64,000 bases of DNA from Eledone cirrhosa (GCA_964016885.1 OZ024741.1:383284001-383348000), one strand, 5' to 3'. Counted from the stretch's first letter, positions 1 through 13,330 are shown. Translations and numbers: made by a program. Notes: generated by a model from the letters alone, not told the origin.

Positions 1-2445
1 CATAGATGTTTGGTTCAGTGTACTGCTTACCAGGGGCAGGTTGGTACATGACGACGGTTTTCTTGAGACTGACAGTCAATCCTAGGGCAGTGAAAGCGTC
101 AGAAAATGCATTCAAAATGTGCTGCATATCACTCTCTGTGTGCGCTACAAGATCGCAATCATCTGCATACAAGAGGTCTCTTATGATTGATGTAAATACT
201 TTTGTCTTTGCAGCAAAGCGCCTGATGTTAAATATGCTGCCTGAGGCTCGATATCGGATGTAAACACCATGCTCGCAATTCCTGAATGCAATACAGAAAA
301 CCATTGCAAAGTATATGGCAAACGGGGTCGGTGCTGGAATATCCCCCTGTTTCACTCCATTTTTTACTGAGATAGGCTCCGACATGTTACCTCCGACATT
401 AACCCAAGCCTTCATGTCGTCATGGAAAGACCTAACTAAAGCAAGGAACTTATCAGGTCAACCAAGTTTCTAGAGAACCTTCCATAATGCATCTCTGTTA
501 ACAGTATCGAAAGCTTTTGTCAGATTGACAAAATCCTGATACAGATCCAAGTCTTGTTCCATGCACTTCTGCTGGAGCTGTCTAGCTGAGAAGATCATAT
601 CAGTAGTGCCGCGTCCAGCACGAAAACCAGATTGACTTTCAGGAAGAACACAATCTGCAAGGTGTGTCAGCAGACGGTCCAGAGGCACCCCACATAAAAC
701 TTTCCCTACGACGGAAAGCAATGATATACCTCTGTAGTTCCCACAATCATTCCTGTTACCCTTTCCATTGTACAAGACCACCATTATTGCATCTCTCCAG
801 TCCTCAGGTACGGATTCATTAGCCCATATCATGCCAAACAAAGAGTGAAGATGTTGCAGGAGTCTCTCATCACCATATTGTAGGAGCTCAGCATGTATGC
901 CATCCATACCTGGAGATATTCCACTGTTCAGCTTCGAAATAGCCACTGCAACCTCCACAAGCGTCGGAGGTTCTGCGAGAGCTACTTTCACAGGACTTTC
1001 TGGAATGAGATTGACGAAATCTTCACTGACGACAGACGGCTGATTCAAAAGATCATCAAAGTGCTCTCGCCACCTTCGTAGAATTCCTTGTGAGTCACGA
1101 AGAAGTTCTTTGCCATCCTTGCGGCGAAGCGGTGTCACCAGAGAAGACGGTCCATAAACCTCATGCAATAGACTCTACAACAGCTTTGTGTTATTGGAAT
1201 CTGACGCAGTTTGTATCTCACCAGCCTTCTCACTCCACCACTGATCCTTCATCTGAGAAAGACTCCGCCTAACACGTGATTTTACATCCTTGAGTTCCTC
1301 ATGCAACGTATTCCTCTACTGTGGTTTTGCCGTCAAGTAGCGTGACAGAGCACGCCTCTTATCAGCCAACAAGTCTTCTATATATACATCATTCTCATTA
1401 AACCAGTCCTGATGTTTTCTCTGCACCAATCCCAGAACACGCCTGCCTACATCATAAACCGACTTTTTAAGGGTCGGCCAATCCTCACCAAGATCTGCAG
1501 CCTGCATCTCTTCTTCCAATGTCCTCTTCACATTTTTATCCTTAAGACGAACAGCATTCAATCTTTTGGGCAGGGCAACACCAGGAGCCCCTAATTTACG
1601 TTTAGTGATTAGTTTCACTTTTGCGCGTACCAGGCGTTGGTCCGTCCAGCACTCAGCTCCACGAAGAGCACGAACACACTGCACATCCTCTCTGTCACGC
1701 ATCCTGACTAGGACGTAGTCCAAAAGATGCCATTCCTTAGATGCAGGATGCATCCATGTGGTCTTGAATTTGGTCTTTTGTTGGAACATGGTGTTGGTAA
1801 CACACAGATCCAGCTCCTCACACATCTGCAGCAGGAGCATACCATTGTTGTTACACTTTCCCACCCCATGCCTTCCGATTACATTCCATGTGTTAAAATC
1901 CCTACCCACTCTAGCATTAAAGTCACCAAGCACGATGACTTTGTCTGCCTGAGGGATATTTCTTAAAACACCTTTCAAGGCATGGTAAAAGGACACTTTT
2001 TCTTAATCGACAGAATTCATATTTGGGGCATACACACGCACCAGGGTCGCATATCTTCCTTTGTCCAGCGGAATTCTCATGGACATAAGACGCTCACTAA
2101 TCCCTACTGGGAATTCTTCTAATTTATTCACAAGTACAGTCTTAACAGCAAATCCTACCCCAGCCTCTCTTCTTGTTCCTTCATCTCTTCCTTTCCAGAA
2201 GAATGTATATACTCCACAAAATTCTGTAAGAGGACCATCTCCAGCTAGCCTCGTCTCAGATAAAGCCACGATGTGAAGATCGTAACGTCGAAGCTCCTTT
2301 GCAACAAGAGCGGTCCTTCGTTCAGGACGCTCCAAGGAATCCCTGTCAAGCAGCGTCCGTACGTTCCAGCAGCCAAGACTAAATGCCTTGTTTGGCTCTA
2401 TTACAATGGCACGATGACGAGCGGGTCCAGGCTGTGATAACCTGG
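1..2445 (-). mobile_element. RTE-clade LINE (APE endonuclease + reverse transcriptase), frameshifted, runs off the window start
   Basis: Minus strand reads LGCWNVRTL...ALSETRL (APE), VLGDFNARVG, TTWMHP..WHLLDYVL, NYRGISLLSVVGK, PESQSGFRAGRGTTDM, TKAFDTV, GVKQGD and LLYADDC (~160-180). It is split over ORFs 2003-2335, 1316-1996 and 470-1168. Confidence 0.93.
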
Positions 2446-3405
2446 GGCCCCTGCCCTATTGCCAATTATCTTTTTTGTTCCAGAACCTAAATTGCCAATT
2501 ACCTCTTTTATATTGTTCTGGAACATCATTTAATTGGGGAAAAAAAAAAAAAAGTAATAATTCGGCATACCATATTTTTAACAATAATAATAATAATAAC
2601 AATAATAATAATACACTATTAATAATTATTAATGCACTCGTGCAATGCCTGTGCGTGACGAATATTTTTAAGGTGAGGAAAGACTGTGCACTGAGCCAAT
2701 CCCACTCTCTGAGCGACAGTAGCTATAACCCGAAAAGAAGAAAGATCAACATCATCGGTAACTACTTAGCCGCAGGTTTTATGTCGGAGTTAACCCAGTT
2801 TCCTGAGATGCCTTCTCCTAGAAGAATTCCCTGACAAGGGCTAGGGGTTCTTCACTCCCAGTGGTTTAACTGCGCGATCGGGCATCCAGCCCGATTATTT
2901 CTATGTCCCCGCGCAAAAAACAAAACAAAAAAAACTCACTTATTGACACTTATACGTACGACATACACACACGCGCATACATATGCGTGCACACACACGC
3001 ATACATACGCGCGCACACAGCAACACTCATACATACAAACAAACACACACACGCTACTCACAAACACACATATATATATATTACCGTCATTACTGATCCA
3101 TTTGGGGGTGGATAAAAAAGGCAGAAGTCCAGTGCAATGGACAATCCTTCCCCTATATTTCTTAATCACTTCCCTGTCACCCATTCTCTCGTTCTTTGGA
3201 AGAAATCACATGTGCTCAGACTTGGAGAAGTGATGGACTTCACTAGGATTAACATGGCCAAGAAACATCGTATATCACTACGGCGTGCCTACGACTTTAT
3301 CAGGAGTTACGTGTTCATACATACGTGCATACATACAAACGCACGCACATACATATACACATATATACACACACATACATACACGCATACACACACACAC
3401 ACACA

Positions 3406-3454
<49 letters not shown>

Positions 3455-3460
<6 letters not shown>

Positions 3461-3650
3461 AGTTTTATTTAAATTGTTGGGTTACAACGAGTAAATATTT
3501 ATAACTGATATAAAAGCACTCAACAAGTATAAGACTGTTTATATTTTATTTTGTCTGATGAAGGCATACCATATTTTTAATATGATATCCCTGAAATATA
3601 TATAATGAAATAAATATGGTTTTATAAATATAGTTTCCATTTATTTAATA
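3455..3650 (+). mobile_element. Short non-coding PLE pseudo-LTR fragment in (TA)n (family also at 5435-5510, 11990-12205, 49340-49510)
   Basis: Shared sequences AAATTGTTGGG(T/A)TACAAC and ATGAAATAAATATGGTTTTATAAATATAGTTTCCATTT; carries a hammerhead motif; TA tracts on both sides. Confidence 0.65.
3545..3615 (+). ncRNA. Minimal type I hammerhead ribozyme
   Basis: ttttattttgt CTGATGA (3555) aggcataccatatttttaatatgatatccct GAAA (3593) TATATA TA atgaaataaa; stem I complementary, loop III palindromic. Confidence 0.75.
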
Positions 3651-3672
3651 TCGTATATATATATATATATAT

Positions 3673-3806
3673 TTCGTTTCTGAATTTGTTTAGCAAGATT
3701 CTTTATCTGAAATCGTGTGTTGAAACCGATAGTGTTATACTTTGGCAGGGTCATGTGGCACCAGGTGCGTGTGTTTCTTATTGGCAACATGATCCTCCCA
3801 AAGTAT

Positions 3807-3812
<6 letters not shown>
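3673..3812. repeat. Short palindromic (MITE-like) repeat, second copy at 17876-18108
   Basis: TCGTTTCTGAATTTGTTTAGCAAGATTCTTTA head shared; TGTTATACTTTG...CAAAGTATAACA foldback; flanked by TA. Confidence 0.65.
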
Positions 3813-3884
<72 letters not shown>

Positions 3885-3901
3885 GTGTATATATATATAT
3901 A

Positions 3902-3941
<40 letters not shown>

Positions 3942-3943
<2 letters not shown>

Positions 3944-4109
3944 GTATTTGCCGGCGTCAAAGACGCTACTTTTTTCCTAAAATAATTCTCAAAAATCTAC
4001 CATGCGTCCCGGAAGCCGAACGCTGTTTATCATTGTTTTTCAAATTTTTGGTTGTCAAAATTAGAGTGCGTCCACGAGAACGAAGAGTCTTCAACACCGA
4101 GAGATACGG
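3942..4109. mobile_element. Tc1/mariner-superfamily (pogo/Tc2-like) MITE
   Basis: TA|CCGTATTTGCCGGCGTCAAAGAC ... GTCTTCAACACCGAGAGATACGG|TA: imperfect TIRs with TA target duplication. Confidence 0.65.
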
Positions 4110-4200
4110 TATATATAATAGTTAAAGGTATAGCCCCAGGAAAAAGAAATGACTAGCCAAGAAGTAAAGGTTAGTAGTAGAACATTTATTTAGAGTCCGT

Positions 4201-4305
4201 TCCTTTACATATGTTTCTGTACAATCTCACTTTTACACGCGCTAACAGCATAGTCCCATGCTCAATCGCAATTATTATGTAACATATTGCACTTCATCAG
4301 AAAGA
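4201..4305 (-). ncRNA. Type I hammerhead motif with ~76-nt expanded stem II
   Basis: Reverse complement: tcttt CTGATGA a-gtgcaat...attgtac-a GAAA CATATG TA aagga. Confidence 0.6.
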
Positions 4306-4439
4306 GTAGAATGTTTATAATCCAAAGTGTGGTCGCTGCATTTTGCCTTAAATATCGCTCACTGCTACCTACTCCATATTTATTTTATTTGCACATTGAA
4401 TTTGTTTGCACATGAAATTTAACCTGACATATTTTCCTC

Positions 4440-4504
<65 letters not shown>

Positions 4505-4507
<3 letters not shown>

Positions 4508-4716
4508 TTCGTTGATTTATTATTTTAAATCGATATGGACAAACTGTAGTATAATAATTAGTATACTTCAATCTGGCTAAATTTTTCATTTGCAATATAT
4601 ATACAGATGTGTTGGTATCTGTGTTTCATCACATACATAATAATTTATACACTGCTCAGGGGGCATTTTCCTCCTTCGAGCTGATTCCATTGTAAAAGAA
4701 TTCATTACCTTATTAA
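4505..4716 (+). repeat. Fragment of the 518-bp PLE pLTR-like unit at 38683-39600 (opposite orientation)
   Basis: Near-identical reverse complement of 39128-39341; ends ACCTTATTAA followed by (TA)n. Confidence 0.8.
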
Positions 4717-4866
4717 TATATATATATTTAAAGGTTAAACAAGGTTCAGTGAATAAATCAAAGAAAGAGTTTTACAATAAATTGGAAGCACTCAACAGTG
4801 TGGTTTTCCGGAGTTATTAATATTAATTCAAAATATTAACAAAATAGATATTCTTGTGATCAAGTA

Positions 4867-4934
4867 TATATTATTATACATATTTCAGAGGTACTGAGTT
4901 AACTTTTAACAGTACGTCCTCATCAGATAAAATA
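4867..4934 (-). ncRNA. Type I hammerhead ribozyme (left arm)
   Basis: Reverse complement: tattttat CTGATGA ggacgtactg...cagtacctct GAAA TATGTA TA ataa. Confidence 0.72.
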
Positions 4935-4993
4935 AGATGATACATGCCTGAATCTTAACCATCTACTATGTCAGGGTATATGATGCATCATCT

Positions 4994-5060
4994 TATTTTA
5001 TCTGATGAGGACGTACTGTTGAAGTTAACTCAGTACCTCTGAAATATGTATAATAAAATA
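4994..5060 (+). ncRNA. Type I hammerhead ribozyme (right arm)
   Basis: tattttat CTGATGA (5002) ggac-gtactg-ttgaagttaact-cagtac-ctct GAAA (5041) TATGTA TA ataaaata; perfect 8-bp stem I. Confidence 0.82.
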
Positions 5061-5531
5061 TACTTGATCACAAGAATATCTATTTTGTTAATATTTTGAA
5101 TTACTATATATATATGTATATATATTTATACATTTAATATGGAAATGGTTTACTTACTGTGGTTAAGCCTAATTGAACCGGGGATACACACACAAAACTC
5201 TTAATAATTCTACGAAAAACATAACCGTACCTAGCAGAAAGACGTACTTAAACCAAAGTAACATTTTCCCCTTATCTTTCGGTTGTAATGTTCTTCGAAA
5301 TATGTATTTCTGCGTCCACAGTTTTTTTCTTTTTGTTTTTCATTTTTTTTTTTTTGTCTTTTTAGTTTCAGAAGATCCCGTTAAGGGTTTTAAACTTTAA
5401 TCTGTTCTTATAATATATATATATATATATATATGCAAAAGTTTTATTTAAAATTGTTGGGTTACAACGAATAAATATTTTATAACTGATATAAAGCACT
5501 CAACGGGTTTTGGAGTAGATATACGATATTA

Positions 5532-5743
<212 letters not shown>

Positions 5744-5821
5744 AACGCCGAACTTTAAAACTATCCTCGATACAACGTACTAATAACTTCTACTTGGATT
5801 ACCTTAAACTATATCTTGTAA

Positions 5822-5862
<41 letters not shown>

Positions 5863-5863
5863 G

Positions 5864-6065
5864 AAGAGATTAAAGTTTAAGCAAAGAATCGCTGGTTTCA
5901 CCCTTAACGGGATCTTCTCAAACTAAAACATCGATCTGTGAACACAGAAGTAAATATTTCTAAAACCGTTTCAACTGAAGGAAAACAGCAAGATGATTCT
6001 TTAGTTAATGAAGACGTTCCCTGGCAATGAACGGAAAAAGGCGAGGATAATTACGTGGTTATGTG
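5864..6065 (-). repeat. Solo pLTR fragment of the 59-60.8 kb PLE family (related copies 5250-5410 +, 18303-18605 -)
   Basis: Shared TTAAAGTTTAAGCAAAGAATC...CACCCTTAACGGGATCTTCT..AAACTA. Confidence 0.75.
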
Positions 6066-7059
6066 GATCCAGAAGCACGATTTCTTGCAAAGACAAAAAC
6101 ATATTTATGGTATAGAGGGAGTCGTTAGACTAATAATTTATTTAGAATAACCAAATGATTTCCAATTCTAGAGTTAAAGAATAATATAAATAAAATTGTA
6201 ACATAGTAAAAGTAAATAATGATGAGAAAATTAAAGTATAGTTAAGATTTAGGCCTGTGCGTACGTATGCGCCAACGCATGTCATTTTATTGATACAATT
6301 TCAAACAATAGTTTCAATGCCGTATGGTATACGAATAGCTTGTTTGAACTTTGAGGTCAGGAAGCCGGAAAAAATATCACGAGGACATAAATAGTTATAT
6401 TTAATATAGAGTAATAAACATGCCGTAAAGAAATTACCAGATCAATGCTCTTACGGTCCTATCTCTTTCTCTCTCTCCCTAACTTTCTGTAATTTCCTCC
6501 CCTCTCATTCTCTAAATCTTAAATCCCCCTCTTCCTCGCTCTATCTAACTATGAATCTATCACCATTCCTCCCTGTCTCTTTATAGCAGCCACATCTCGG
6601 ATATTCTGCAGTGTCAACTTCTAAAGATCCGAATCGTGACAACATGAGCACATGAATCAATTATAAAAATCATGCTACATGCTACTAAGGCATAATATAT
6701 TCATGCACACATATCGTAAAACACACATTTCCCTCTTTCCAGTAGATTTCCAGATGTCTTCGACTCCAGATAATTTCACCATCTTACAAGAACCCTATGA
6801 TAATACAAGATAGCATAATTGAAATGTTGATAACAAGATTCAGAGATTGGAGAGAGTTATTGCATATCAAATCAATTTTCATCTTTCAAATAAAAAAAAA
6901 AGAATACAAAGAAATGTTACCTTTCGTTGTTTTCAAGGAAATAATATGACAATTCATCGTTCTTCGTTTATACAGAATTATCATGCCAATAGAGTTTTAC
7001 GAAGATATCTGTACAATGGCATAAATTACGGTGTAACATTTCCCTTCAAATTCTCTATT

Positions 7060-7240
7060 ATAGTATCGGTCGAGGGTTGGACACCATGCTTTGTAGCATA
7101 GAGTTACGCCCCTTTACGTTCTGAGTTCAAATCACACCGAGGTTAACTTTGCCTTTCATCCTTACGGAGTCGATAAAACAAAGTACCAGTAATACACTGG
7201 GATAATTGCTGGCCTTTTGTCAACAGTAGAAACAATTATT
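7060..7240 (+). mobile_element. SINE-like dispersed repeat (copies at ~18130-18295 -, 29420-29620, 31790-31950, 32330-32640, cluster 55050-55930, 63165-63335)
   Basis: Recurrent GAGTTCAAATC (Pol III B-box-like) ..CCGAGGTTAACTTTGCCTTTCATCC..GTCGATAAAA..AAGTACCAGT. Confidence 0.7.
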
Positions 7241-7399
7241 TATATATTTATATATCTTTTGGCAACATTGATTTGCTATAGAATATATATTATCAATGCT
7301 TATGAACGATTCGGAAAAAAGCATTTATAACATGAGAAAGATTATTGTCATGTGTACAGGATGATTATAATATAGGCAATCGCAAACATATGCACATAT

Positions 7400-7603
<204 letters not shown>

Positions 7604-7629
7604 CAAAAGATGGTTAAAAGAGTTCCATG

Positions 7630-7700
7630 TATTTTATTATGCGCATTTCAAAAACAAATATCATCATGGGATGATATTTGCGTTCTCATCAGATAAAATA
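7630..7700 (-). ncRNA. Type I hammerhead ribozyme in PLE 3' pLTR
   Basis: Reverse complement: tattttat CTGATGA gaacgcaaatatcat-ccc-atgatgatatttgttttt GAAA TGCGCA TA ataaaata. Confidence 0.85.
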
Positions 7701-8674
7701 GCGAGACATGATATGAAGCTTAAAAAACACTTGCGAGCAGTGAAGTGTTAAATCAACATATGAAAAAAAAAATAAGATGGATATATGAGATTGGAAAAAA
7801 GGAAAGGAAGGGGGGAGGAAAAGGTAAGGAAGAGGAAGAAAGAATATAGATAGAGGAAAAAAAATAATAATAAGGAAAGGATGACGGAGGAGGAGTATAA
7901 CGAGGAAGGATGAAAGAGGAGGAGAAAATGAGTGCGAGAGAGAGATAACCTTTAATACTGAGAAACACTGTCTCACAGAGAAAAATCAAAAAAAATCCGT
8001 TGTAAGATAATACATAATTAAAAATTACGAAATTAAAAGTTAATGAGGTTCATGAATGTTGATGTTTATGATTAAAGAAAAGGGAATTAAGAATAGTATT
8101 TATTTAACGTTTATATATTGAAGGGTTTAATAGGTGTGCGAAAAGGAATTTATTAAAATATATTATTAAAATAAAATATATTAAGAAGATAAGGTGAATG
8201 AAGATAAGGTTAAATGAATTATGAACTTAAAGGAATCAATTAAGGTCCAAGTTTGTTTCTATATATGGTAATAGGAAAAAGTAAATAATAGATTTAATAC
8301 GAGCACGGAAGGAGTGAAGAAAGTAAAAATTCAAGGAAGAAAAAATATATGACGTCAAACAAATATATGTTTACAAAATTTCTCTCATGGAAATATTAGT
8401 ATATATTAAAAATAAAGATTTGTATGGCCGAGAATATAAGGAAAATGCTATAGTGAGTTATAAGATGAATTAAGAAATAATTGAGAAGTAAAAGTTGCAG
8501 ATTAAAGACTAGAAATTAAAAATTAAAAAAATTAAAAAATTAGGGGACCGCTAACGACATAGTATGTGTAATATTGTATAATATACTGAAATAGGGTAGA
8601 AAGATGGGTATATTTGTAAAAAAGATAAAAGCGTTTGAGAAAAGAAGATGTTAAACTAATTAGGTAGTAAGATA

Positions 8675-10870
8675 TTAGCTGTATACTTTATGGAAAATTC
8701 TATTGGATTTATGCAAGCAGAGCGAAAATAAATCCGTACGTCTATTTATTATAGAATTGAAATTAGAGATAATGGTAAATTTCTCCGCTAGGCAGAGATA
8801 ACATGTTCTGGAAAGGGAAGAATTAAGGTAAGGAGAGGCGTTGTAAACCTTCCTCCAAGAAATGTTGTAGTTAATATTTTTGTCCTTTAAGGACAATATG
8901 AGTTCTGAGAGTACCATGTTAGTTCTTTTAAGTTGGTATTTAAAAGAGGAATTGTGATTATAAAATCTTGCTTTAAAGGAAGTGGAAGTGGAACCAAAAT
9001 AGGTAAAAGACTTGGTACCAGTTATAACCTTACATTCATACACTAAATTTGTATCAAGACATTGGTTACTAAGAGGACATTTAGTTCTAATAGTGCAATT
9101 GCAATTACGATTAGAGAAATTACCAGAGTTATTATCAATTGACCCATTATTATTTATAGAAGGAATTGGATTGGAGAAGTTACTTACGATAGGTGCTAAA
9201 GTTTTGTGATTTAGATTGGTATTATGACCATTCGACAGAGTTACGTTTGATGTCGTATTTAAATTTACGGAATCTAGCCTAGAGTTAACATTGACGTCAG
9301 GCTTACTATTGCTATCATGACGCTCAGTGTTGTATGGATATAATTTATTACTTAATATTTTATTATTATGTTTTGAGATAATGTTACAGATGTTGGAAAT
9401 GGTGGAATAAGAGAATTTAATTAAATATCTTAATATAAATATGTGGAGGGAAGCATTTATCTAAGGCCCTAAAAAATAGTTTAGGAATATTACTAATAAT
9501 AGATAGAGAAAAAGGAGCGTTGTACCAAATCATATTTTTATATATTGGTCTTTTCTTTATGCTATTGGAATGCTTATAACTAACTATATTACTATAAGTT
9601 CCTCGATGATTGGTTTCTTTACTGTATTTAATTTTGTCAGGATAACCGGCTCTGGAAAGCGCATTGTTGTAATAATTGGCTTTAGCGTCAAGGATAAGCT
9701 TATTAGAAGATAGATCTGAGATTCTTTTTTCAACATTACTGACTATAGCATGTGTAACGTTAATAGGGTGGTTAGATTTAAAATTAACATAATTTAGATT
9801 CTCATTGTCTTTATGGTAAGGGTAATATAGGCCGGTGTCAAGATTAAAGGATATATCCAGGAAGTTAGCTAGTTTGACGTTCTTTTCAAATTCAATTTTT
9901 AGGTTATGGTGCTTAAATAGATCAAGTATATTATTCTTAATAATATTAAGGTTAACTAAGTTACAGTTTAATACAGTAAAAAGGGTATCGTCACGATAAA
10001 TTCCACCGCGAAGTTGAGGAATTTTCCGATTTAAAGAATTCAAAATAAAGATTTCAATCAAATCCGTCAATTGCGCTGAATCCGACGAACCCATTGTGAT
10101 ATCAAAGTTGTTGGAAGTATCAGCTCTAGTCCAATATTCGTTGTTGAATTCCAGGATAGTTTTGCTTGCGGTGAGAATGATGTACAGTTCATCTGTGGTG
10201 ATGTCAGAATATTTAAATGGAAAAGAGAGAGCGTGGTTGAGGAGTGAAGGTGAAATAGAAGAATAGTAACTGGCAATGTCGAACTGAATAAATTTTTGTT
10301 TGTTTTTATTATACAGGTCATTGAACCAGTCAATTACATCAGATGTACCAATCCATAAATTTCAGTTAGAAATAGAACAATTAGAACGAAAGTGGGATAG
10401 TTCTATCCAAGATGGATTTACTAACAACCTCCCAGATCGGATTTAGAGGGGCGATTAGTCTAACAGGCAGTTCAGTTCGAAAGTTACTTTTGTGATCCTT
10501 AAGATCTATCCTCGGAGTTCTTGGGAAGAATGGTTCGGTCTTTTTCTCGATGCCAAGTTTAGACATAATCTTAGAAGCTTCAAAGTTTATAGATTCCAGA
10601 CTCTCATGGTTAGTTTTGCGATAATTCTTCCTTAGTTCCTTAAGGATAAGGTTATTATAGTTATCTTTAGATACACCATATAAATTATTAGTTCTGTCGG
10701 AATGGACTAAGACTTTTGTAGAAGAATTAAGGTCCGAAATCTCATTCCTGATATTTAAAAGGTGCTCCTGTCCTCTATAAGAGTTTCTCTTGAATTTAAG
10801 TCCTCTTATAATATGAGTTAATTCTTCCTCAAACTGCGCTAGATTGTTAATGAAAGGAGGATTTCTTCTA
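8675..10870 (-). pseudogene. PLE reverse transcriptase + C-terminal GIY-YIG endonuclease, frameshifted
   Basis: LKDHKSNF..PVRLI, FIQFDIASYYSSIS (motif A), MGSSDSAQLTDL (B'), GGIYRDD (C), FLDISFNL, SNHP, CNCTIRTKCPLSNQC linker, VYECKV..YFGST..FKARFYNH, CYLCLAEK..CLH. Confidence 0.9.
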
Positions 10871-11210
10871 GAGATAAATAATCAATATTGTTACGTTCTT
10901 TAGTATAAAAATTGGACCTAATTAATTCATCTAAGTTCATAATTCATTTAACCTTATCTTCATTCACCTTATCTTCTTAATATATTTTATTTTAATAATA
11001 AATTTTAATAAATTCCTTGTCGCAAACCCTATTAAACCCGTCAATATATAAACCTTAAATAAATACTATTCTTAATTCCTTTTTCTTTAATCATAATCAT
11101 CACCATTCATAAACCTCATTAACTTTTAATTTCGTAATTTTTATTTATGTATTAACTTACAACGTTTTTTTTTATTTTTCTCTGTGAGACAGTGTTTCTC
11201 AGTATTAAAG

Positions 11211-11294
<84 letters not shown>

Positions 11295-11530
11295 TCATTA
11301 TCTCCTCCTCTTTCATCCTTCCTTCTTATACTCCTCCTCCGTCATCCCTTCCTTATTATTATTTTGTTTCCTCTATCTATATTCTTTCTTCCTCTTCCTT
11401 ACCTTTTCCTTCCTTCCCCCCTTCCTTTCCTTTTTTCCAATCTCATATATCCATCTTATTTTATTTTTCATATGTTGATATAACACTACACTGCTCGCAA
11501 GTGTTTTTTAAGCTTCATATCATGTCTCGC

Positions 11531-11601
11531 TATTTTATCTGATGAGAACGTAAATATCACCCCAGTATGATATTTGTTTTTGAAATGCGCATAATAAAAT
11601 A
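11531..11601 (+). ncRNA. Type I hammerhead ribozyme in inverted pLTR
   Basis: tattttat CTGATGA (11539) gaacgt-aaatatca-ccccagta-tgatattt-gttttt GAAA (11582) TGCGCA TA ataaaata. Confidence 0.85.
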
Positions 11602-11722
11602 CATGGAACTCTTTTAACCATCTTTTGATTTTATATTACTTATACTCCAGTCCTATAAACTCTTGAGTGCTATTTATCCGATATTTGCATTGCTTTATTG
11701 TGCTACAATAAAACTCACCTCC

Positions 11723-11775
<53 letters not shown>

Positions 11776-11943
11776 CGGATATATATATACATATATACAA
11801 TGTACATATATATATAAACATGTATGTACATATATATCTATATCTACATATATACATATATATATATATAAACATATATATATGTATTTATATATATACA
11901 TATATATATATCTACACATATATACATATTTATATCTACACAT

Positions 11944-11990
<47 letters not shown>

Positions 11991-12104
11991 GAATTTATAT
12001 TTAATTTGTTGGGATACAACAAGCAAATATCCGGGACCCTCCAACCGACATGGTCGCATTCTTTAAGGGTATGTCAATATTTGTTTATAAAACTGATCTA
12101 TATT

Positions 12105-12170
12105 ATATTTTATCTAATGAAAGCGCACCATAATTTGCTTTGGTGTCCTTGAAATATGTATAATGAAATA
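12105..12170 (+). ncRNA. Degenerate hammerhead (CTAATGA core)
   Basis: tattttat CTAATGA aagcgcacca...tggtgtcctt GAAA TATGTA TA atgaaata; homolog at 49375-49440 has intact CTGATGA. Confidence 0.55.
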
Positions 12171-12205
12171 AATATGGTTTTATAAATATAGTTTCCATTT
12201 GTTAA

Positions 12206-12270
<65 letters not shown>

Positions 12271-12622
12271 GGGGGGGGGGGCTGTGTGGAGGAGGTGAGT
12301 GGAAGCTGGGAAGGCTTGACCGGAGTCGGAGGAGGAGTGACGTCAGTTACGTTTCCGAGGCGGCGTCTGTAGGCTGTGCCTTTCGCGGTGACTTGGAGAA
12401 AGACGGACGTACCAAATGAAGCTGCAGCTTGGCGAATGGATTATAACACGAAGTTTGATGCACGGCTTTGTGTGAACCAGCAGACTCGCGGTAAGTGGAA
12501 TAGCTTTCTCACCACAAGCTATTTCGGCACATTGAAGACGTACAATTGAAAAAAAAAGAAGGGACAAAGCTACTTGAAAACAAAGACTATCTTGTTTTAT
12601 TACTTACTGCAGGACTAAAGAG

Positions 12623-13330
12623 ATGGTGACGAGATTACGGTTGAGCGGTGAAGTACTTAAAGCTTTCACCGGTGAAGGAGACGTTATCGCTTGGATGCGA
12701 AAGATCCGGGTGATAGACGATGTGGCCGGTCTCATGGCACTCTATCTCCAGGGGGTTGCGCTAGCGTTGTACCTCGAGATGGACGAAATCAGCCAGAGGG
12801 ACGCGCAAAAAATTGAGCGGCGTAGATGGAAACGTTTGCGGAAGGTCCGTGTAGCGGGTTTGCCAAGCTGGCAAGGATAAGGTGGGAAGGTCAGCGTGTG
12901 GATATGTTTACTGCGGAGATAAGAAGATTGGCCATGCTGGCGGGTTGCAGGTCGAGTGCGAATGTTCAGTGCGGCTGGCATTTAGAAAACGGATTTCCGG
13001 ATGACATCGCGGTGATACTACAGCAAATACCTGGCTACAAGGAAATGGAGATGCGTACATTGGTAGAGCAAGCCAGCTTCATAGTGGAAGATGCTAAGAA
13101 GAGTGTTGCGGCAATAGCGGCGATCGAGGCCCGGGGAAGCCGACAGCGAAATGCCGAAAGGGTGACAAACACGGCAAACAGTCGCCTGCGCGCGTTTAGA
13201 GGTCGTTGCTATAGGTGCCAGGGTGCGCACATGGTGAGAGATGGCAAGGATTCGAAACCAGACATAATTTGCTAGCGGTGTAGGCCGCCGGGCCATATCG
13301 CTACCAATTGCGACCAGGGACACGGTCCAA
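12623..13330 (+). pseudogene. Gypsy gag with two zinc knuckles (frameshift/stop)
   Basis: FTGEGDVIAW..LYLQGVALALY; CYRCQGAH; C*RCRPPGHIATNC. Confidence 0.78.

Larger units (their letters stand above)
4824..5103. repeat. Foldback element: ~120-bp inverted arms (4824-4945 / 4983-5103), each with a hammerhead
   Basis: Arms are reverse complements separated by a ~37-bp spacer. Confidence 0.85.
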
